Assembly: GCA_963755125.1 (NCBI GenBank)
Contig: CAVWIP010000008.1
Span: 320,001 to 384,000 of the forward strand
Direction: 5' to 3'
From: an uncultured delta proteobacterium
Lineage (GTDB): Bacteria > Myxococcota_A > Polyangia > Fen-1088
DNA: 64,000 bases
The notes under the pieces were generated by a model. The model worked only from the letters and a program-made list of their open reading frames with translations. It had not been told where the DNA came from and ran no database searches. The translations under genes and the position numbers were made by a program. How positions within the stretch are numbered: position 1 is the first letter of the stretch; each line of letters begins with the position of its first letter. Of the stretch, positions 59,530-64,000 are shown one piece after another.

Positions 59530-60627
59530 ATGAAGAACGGCGGGCTCGTTCATCCTACTCTCATGCTAGGTGAGGTTGGCGGTCTGGCGGTCGTATTCCT
59601 CGTGGCCTGCACCCAAGGAACCGTCGGGCCAGGTTTGTTTTCGGCGACGGGTGCGATGACCGTGGCGAGGGAGGCGCACAGGGCTGCCTTGTTGCCGAGT
59701 GGCAAGGTGCTGATCGTTGGCGGGATCAACGACTACGGAGTCTTGTCCAGCGCCGAGCTTTATGACCGAGCGAGCGGGACCTTCGTTGCCACGGGCACCA
59801 TGTCCGCAGCGAGGTTCTGGCACACAGCTACGGTGCTGCCCAGTGGGAAGGTCCTGGTCGCTGGTGGGGAAAACGAGAGTTCCTTTCCTTTGATCTCGGA
59901 ACTATACGACCCAAGCAGCGAGGACTTCACGGTCACGGGTACTATGACCGAGGCGAGGTGTCGTCACAGTGCTACGTTGCTGCCGAATGGCCAGGTGCTT
60001 ATTGCGGGTGGGCGATGTGGAGTGGCGTCTTCTACGAGCGCCGAGTTGTTTGCCCCGGCGAGCGGGGGCTTCGTAGCGACGGGCACCATGACGGCGGCGA
60101 GGGCGGGGCACACAGCGACCTTGCTGCCGAACGGAAAGGTGCTCATCGCCGGCGGGACTGACGGCGTTGTCGGCCCTTCTGCGAGTGCAGAGCTGTACGT
60201 CCCACCAAGCGGAACCTTTGCGCCCACAGGTGCAATGACCACGGCTAGGGTGGACCACACAGCGACCTTGTTGCCGAACGGGAAGGTGCTCATCGCCGGC
60301 GGGGGCGATTCGAGCGCGGAACTCTACGATCCAGCATCTGAGACCTTCACAACCACGGGTGCCATGATCGCAGCGCGTACGAGGCCCACAGCGACGTTAC
60401 TGCCGAACGGGAAGGTGCTCATCGCCGGTGGGGGGAATTCGAGCGCAGAACTCTACGATGCGGCAAGTGAGACTTTCACAGCTACGGGTGCCATGACCAC
60501 GACGAGAGAGGATCATACGGCGACGTTATTGTCGAATCGCGTGGTGCTTTTGTGCGGCGGTAGCGGCTCCTACGATGTTGATAGCGGTTCCTCCCCTACC
60601 CTCTCCACCGCAGAGTTGTACTTCTAG
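59530..60627 (+). CDS. Kelch-repeat lipoprotein (start uncertain)
   Basis: FLVAC lipobox; seven Kelch repeats. Confidence 0.85.
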   Translation: MKNGGLVHPTLMLGEVGGLAVVFLVACTQGTVGPGLFSATGAMTVAREAHRAALLPSGKVLIVGGINDYGVLSSAELYDRASGTFVATGTMSAARFWHTATVLPSGKVLVAGGENESSFPLISELYDPSSEDFTVTGTMTEARCRHSATLLPNGQVLIAGGRCGVASSTSAELFAPASGGFVATGTMTAARAGHTATLLPNGKVLIAGGTDGVVGPSASAELYVPPSGTFAPTGAMTTARVDHTATLLPNGKVLIAGGGDSSAELYDPASETFTTTGAMIAARTRPTATLLPNGKVLIAGGGNSSAELYDAASETFTATGAMTTTREDHTATLLSNRVVLLCGGSGSYDVDSGSSPTLSTAELYF

Positions 60628-60884
60628 CTCCCGGGGCGGCCGAAGCCGCATGCTGGACCGGGTCGTCAGGTGGCGACACGTGGTAGTGGATGTTGACTGT
60701 GGCCGTCGACGTGAGGCGAGGCGGTGCGGCAAGAGCCGTCAAGTTGGCTCGTCTTGCGTGGCCACAACCCTCAGTGGCCGGCGCTCGCGCAGCGCAAGAC
60801 TTCGCGCTCGCCTCCGTCCAGGTTCCGCGAGCCGCTGGCAAAGCAATCGGCCGGCTCACCAAGCAACAGTGTCCTATTCGGAGT

Positions 60885-61402
60885 CGGCTACGCTGCTTCT
60901 GCGTGACCTGGAAAGGCTCTTCCGCCATCGGCGCGCGGACCGCATCGAGAGCCAGGAAATCGTGAACAGCCTAGTCGCCGTGGAAGACGGTCGGTGGGTA
61001 GACTACAAACGCGGGCGCCCGCTCACGACGCAAGGCTTGGCCAAGATGCTCAGGCTGTTCCGTGTTAAGCCAGACAAGTGGGTGGTGACAGAGGCCAAAG
61101 AACGTATCTGGAAGCGGGGTTACCTCCTATCAGATCTCAGGGACACGTTCGCCCGCTACGTGCCGGCCCCGGCGGCTGGCTCGCCGCCCGAGCCGACTGA
61201 GACCACAGAACCGCCACAAGTGCCACAAGTGCCACAGCCGCAGGTGCCACCGCCACAAGCGGCACCGGTGCCAGAACCCACAGAGCCGCCACAGCTGCCA
61301 CAGCTGCCACAGCCCCAAGCACCGCCGCCAGAACAGCCACGACCGGAACCTCGGAAAAAGAAGACCAATCGGCGCCGCCCGCGGCCGGAACCGAAGTCGT
61401 AA
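60885..61402 (+). pseudogene. DUF3631 protein, C-terminal half
   Basis: LLLRDLERLF...W.DY..G.PLT...LAKML..F.V.P...RGY...D..D.FARY. Confidence 0.8.
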
Positions 61403-61442
61403 GCCAACGTGTGGCAGGTGTGGCGGGTGTGGCGGCTGTGGC
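61213..61442. repeat. Opposed GCCACA / TGTGGC iteron-like arrays
   Basis: GCCACA seven times (61213-61311) and TGTGGC four times (61410-61442), mostly 9-bp period. Confidence 0.7.
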
Positions 61443-61577
61443 GGCTTCCCGTGCGCGGGGGCAGACTGGCATATGGACGCATCCAACAAGCCCGCACTGC
61501 CCGCCAGACCTCCGCGGTTACGTGGGCAATGCGATGGCAAACGCCACTGCGCCGTCAACACAGAATGGCCACGGACC

Positions 61578-62396
61578 TCACTTCAGCTCGCTCGGCTCCT
61601 TCGGTGACGTCGTCGGCGCGGTGTCGGTCGTAGCGTCTGTAGCAGTTGCTTCCATACCGCTGCCCGCGGCGGAGACGGCCTGGCGCAGGTCTCGCCTGGC
61701 CTTCTCCTCAGCAATGCGCCTCTTGTGCTCGTCGCTGCGCAGGTAGCGCAGAGCCCGGCTGATTCGCCGCGATGCGCGCTCCTCGGAGTCTCGAACCATT
61801 CGTGATGCCTGCTCCGGATTGGATGACCGGATGGATGCCCCTGGAAAGCGTGTCGTCGGGCTGACGTCACCCTCCAGACCAAGAATCCAATCCAGCGCCG
61901 CCAACGCCACAAAGGCCTTTGCCAACGCCGGGAAATAACTGAGGAGCAGCCCCGTCGCTTCATCCAGCGCCGTTTCCGTGGGCCGCCCGCGCCCCAGCGG
62001 CTCAGGCGCTACCGGCTGCAAGTGTCCCACCTCGTCAAGGCGCGCCGTGTGGCCATACCGAACAGCTCGAACTTCCTCCGATGATAGCGGCACGGTCTCG
62101 TAGACCGGCGGATAGTCGAGCTTCCCGTCGACCAAGAGTGGCAGGAGTCGATGCAATTTGCCTTGGACTGCCATCTCCGGACGCCGCCTCGCCAAGGCGT
62201 AGAACAATAGCCTTGCGTCCTGGCCGCCCTTGAGCCCCAGGAATGCGAACACCCGCCGAGCAATCTCTTCGTCGGTCGGGGAATCCTTTAGGAGGGTGCT
62301 TCGCGACAGGAGGCTCGGTGTCCGCGCCCGGTGGCGCCCTGTCCGCCGGGGAGGCTTCCCCAATTTGGTTCGCGGGATTTTAGTTGATTCGCTCAT
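61578..62396 (-). CDS. Hypothetical protein
   Basis: 272-aa ORF divergent from the xis-like gene. Confidence 0.5.
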   Translation of the reverse strand: MSESTKIPRTKLGKPPRRTGRHRARTPSLLSRSTLLKDSPTDEEIARRVFAFLGLKGGQDARLLFYALARRRPEMAVQGKLHRLLPLLVDGKLDYPPVYETVPLSSEEVRAVRYGHTARLDEVGHLQPVAPEPLGRGRPTETALDEATGLLLSYFPALAKAFVALAALDWILGLEGDVSPTTRFPGASIRSSNPEQASRMVRDSEERASRRISRALRYLRSDEHKRRIAEEKARRDLRQAVSAAGSGMEATATDATTDTAPTTSPKEPSELK

Positions 62397-62482
62397 CTCG
62401 AACTACTCCGGCAAGGTCAATTACCGCAACGGCCGCAACCACTCACACTGACAACAACCAAATGTGATCGAGGACCAATACG

Positions 62483-62785
62483 ATGTCCACTGAGACCGCC
62501 ACAACATTATGGACCTATACGGCTACTGCCAAACGACTGGGTCTGCCCACCACATCGCTTCGCAACATGGTGGCCCGCCGGACCGTCCCCTTTATCCGGA
62601 TTGGCCCGCGCACCGTGCGCTTTGAACCCAGCGTGTCGAAGCGTGGCTACGCGCACGAAGCACGCAGCCAGATGGCAGCGCAGCAGCGCCTACTCGCTGA
62701 GGCCGAGGCTACCATGCCAACTCACCTGCCCTCATACCCCGCGGTTGCCGTCGAGCCGGCCAATCGGCCGAGGGAGCAATCATGA
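62483..62785 (+). CDS. Excisionase/AlpA-like HTH protein (3' part possibly frameshifted)
   Basis: LWTYTATAKRLGLPTTSLRNMV....VPFIRIGPRTVRF. Confidence 0.75.
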   Translation: MSTETATTLWTYTATAKRLGLPTTSLRNMVARRTVPFIRIGPRTVRFEPSVSKRGYAHEARSQMAAQQRLLAEAEATMPTHLPSYPAVAVEPANRPREQS

Positions 62786-64000
62786 AGGACATATCCACGG
62801 CCGAAGAGGCATTCCGTGCCGCTGCGGCGGAAATGCGGGTCGATCTGCCCGACGAGATTATTGCGGACGGCAAAATCCATCGCTGCGAGGTCGAAGGAGA
62901 GCAGGGTAAGCAGAACGGCGCATATCTCTACCACCCGGACGGTGTTCCCGCCGGGTGGTTCCAAAACTGGAAGCGCGGGAAAGGTCAAACCTGGTGCGGT
63001 CGCGACCTGAGCACGTTGTCTCCCGCCGAACAATCCGCCCATCGAGACCGTCTGGCTGCGATGCACCGAGAGCAAGCTGCCGAGCAAGAGCGGGTCCACG
63101 CCGAGAAGGGCAGGCTTGCCACCTGGATCTTTGACAATGCGCAGCCCGCAACCTCACACCCCTATCTGGACCGAAAGGGCGTCAAGTCATACGGACTGCG
63201 TCTCAACCGCGATGGAAGGCTTGTCGTCCCGGGATATGACAGCGACGGTCAAATCTGCACGCTCCAATTCACCGACGACGATGGCAACAAGCGATTCCTG
63301 AAGGCCGCGAAGAAGGCCGGATGCTCGTTTGCCATTGGTGAATTTGCCGACGACCCGATCTGCATCTGTGAGGGCTATGCGACGAGTGCCAGTATTCATG
63401 AGGCGACCGGGTACTTGGTAATCACAGCATTCGATTCGGGGAACCTGCTGCCTGTTGCCGAGGCAGTGCGTGCGAAGTACCCGACAGCCAAGATCATAAT
63501 CTGCGCCGATGATGATTATGGCGTTGACGGAAACCCTGGCGTGACTCGTGGAGCCCAAGCGGCACAGGCTGTTCGGGGATTACTTGCAATCCCTGACTTT
63601 GGTGAGAGCCGCCCCGCGGGCGCAACCGATTTCAACGACCTACACCAGGCCCAGGGGCTCGCCGCCGTCAAGGCGAGCATTGACGCGGCGGCATCACCAG
63701 TAAACCCGGACGGGACCCCACCACGGCGCAGAGTTGCTCTCACCGACACGGGAAACGCCGAGCGGTTTGCTGACATGTTCGGGCTTGACGTTCGCTTCGT
63801 GCCCGAGTGGGGCAAGTTCTTCGTGTGGAATGGCCAGTTCTGGGCCGGAGACAGCGGTTCAATTCGGGTTCTCGAGATGACCAAGGACGTTGCCCGGTCA
63901 TTCCTGCTGGACGCGCACGCCTGTAGAGACGACAACCAGCGCGCCGCCATCATCGATCATGCGCGGCGCGCAGAACAGGAGCCCAAGCGGAAGGCGATGC
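62782..64000 (+). CDS. P4-alpha/TraC-like TOPRIM primase with D5_N helicase region, runs off window (absent from ORF track)
   Basis: ATG at 62782 after GGGAG; reads HPYLDRKGV, ICEGYATSAS, IICADDD, TDFNDL, LTDTGNAERF with no stop seen. Confidence 0.85.
   Translation, partial: MKDISTAEEAFRAAAAEMRVDLPDEIIADGKIHRCEVEGEQGKQNGAYLYHPDGVPAGWFQNWKRGKGQTWCGRDLSTLSPAEQSAHRDRLAAMHREQAAEQERVHAEKGRLATWIFDNAQPATSHPYLDRKGVKSYGLRLNRDGRLVVPGYDSDGQICTLQFTDDDGNKRFLKAAKKAGCSFAIGEFADDPICICEGYATSASIHEATGYLVITAFDSGNLLPVAEAVRAKYPTAKIIICADDDYGVDGNPGVTRGAQAAQAVRGLLAIPDFGESRPAGATDFNDLHQAQGLAAVKASIDAAASPVNPDGTPPRRRVALTDTGNAERFADMFGLDVRFVPEWGKFFVWNGQFWAGDSGSIRVLEMTKDVARSFLLDAHACRDDNQRAAIIDHARRAEQEPKRKAM

Overview
GC-rich bacterial DNA, probably Myxococcota (inferred from the AgmK-like TPR giant and the myxobacterial-style lipoproteins). 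Only 1-4523 looks like core genome: a 5'-truncated TPR giant and tRNA-Leu(GAG). The rest is a tandem pile of integrative elements at this tRNA. The 52-bp tRNA 3' end recurs at 48175-48226 (direct) and 59093-59144 (inverted), each copy beside a tyrosine integrase or its remnant. The inverted copy is explained by a ~4.2-kb inversion (56662-60890) whose 6-bp breakpoints split a DUF3631 gene. Cargo includes five beta-propeller lipoproteins, a Sel1 lipoprotein, a TIR protein, a nested int/xis/primase/ParB element, HU and IHF-alpha, a recombinase trio, an orphan Rhs tip, secreted proteases, IS3/IS66/IS4 elements and a P4-like primase-helicase running off the end. The most unusual items are a 7-copy ~125-bp structured non-coding tandem array between the primase and parB genes, and a coupled gene cluster rich in orphan or apparently disarmed toxin-antitoxin domains plus a very acidic 39-aa peptide. 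All family calls are from motif recognition by eye; no searches were run.
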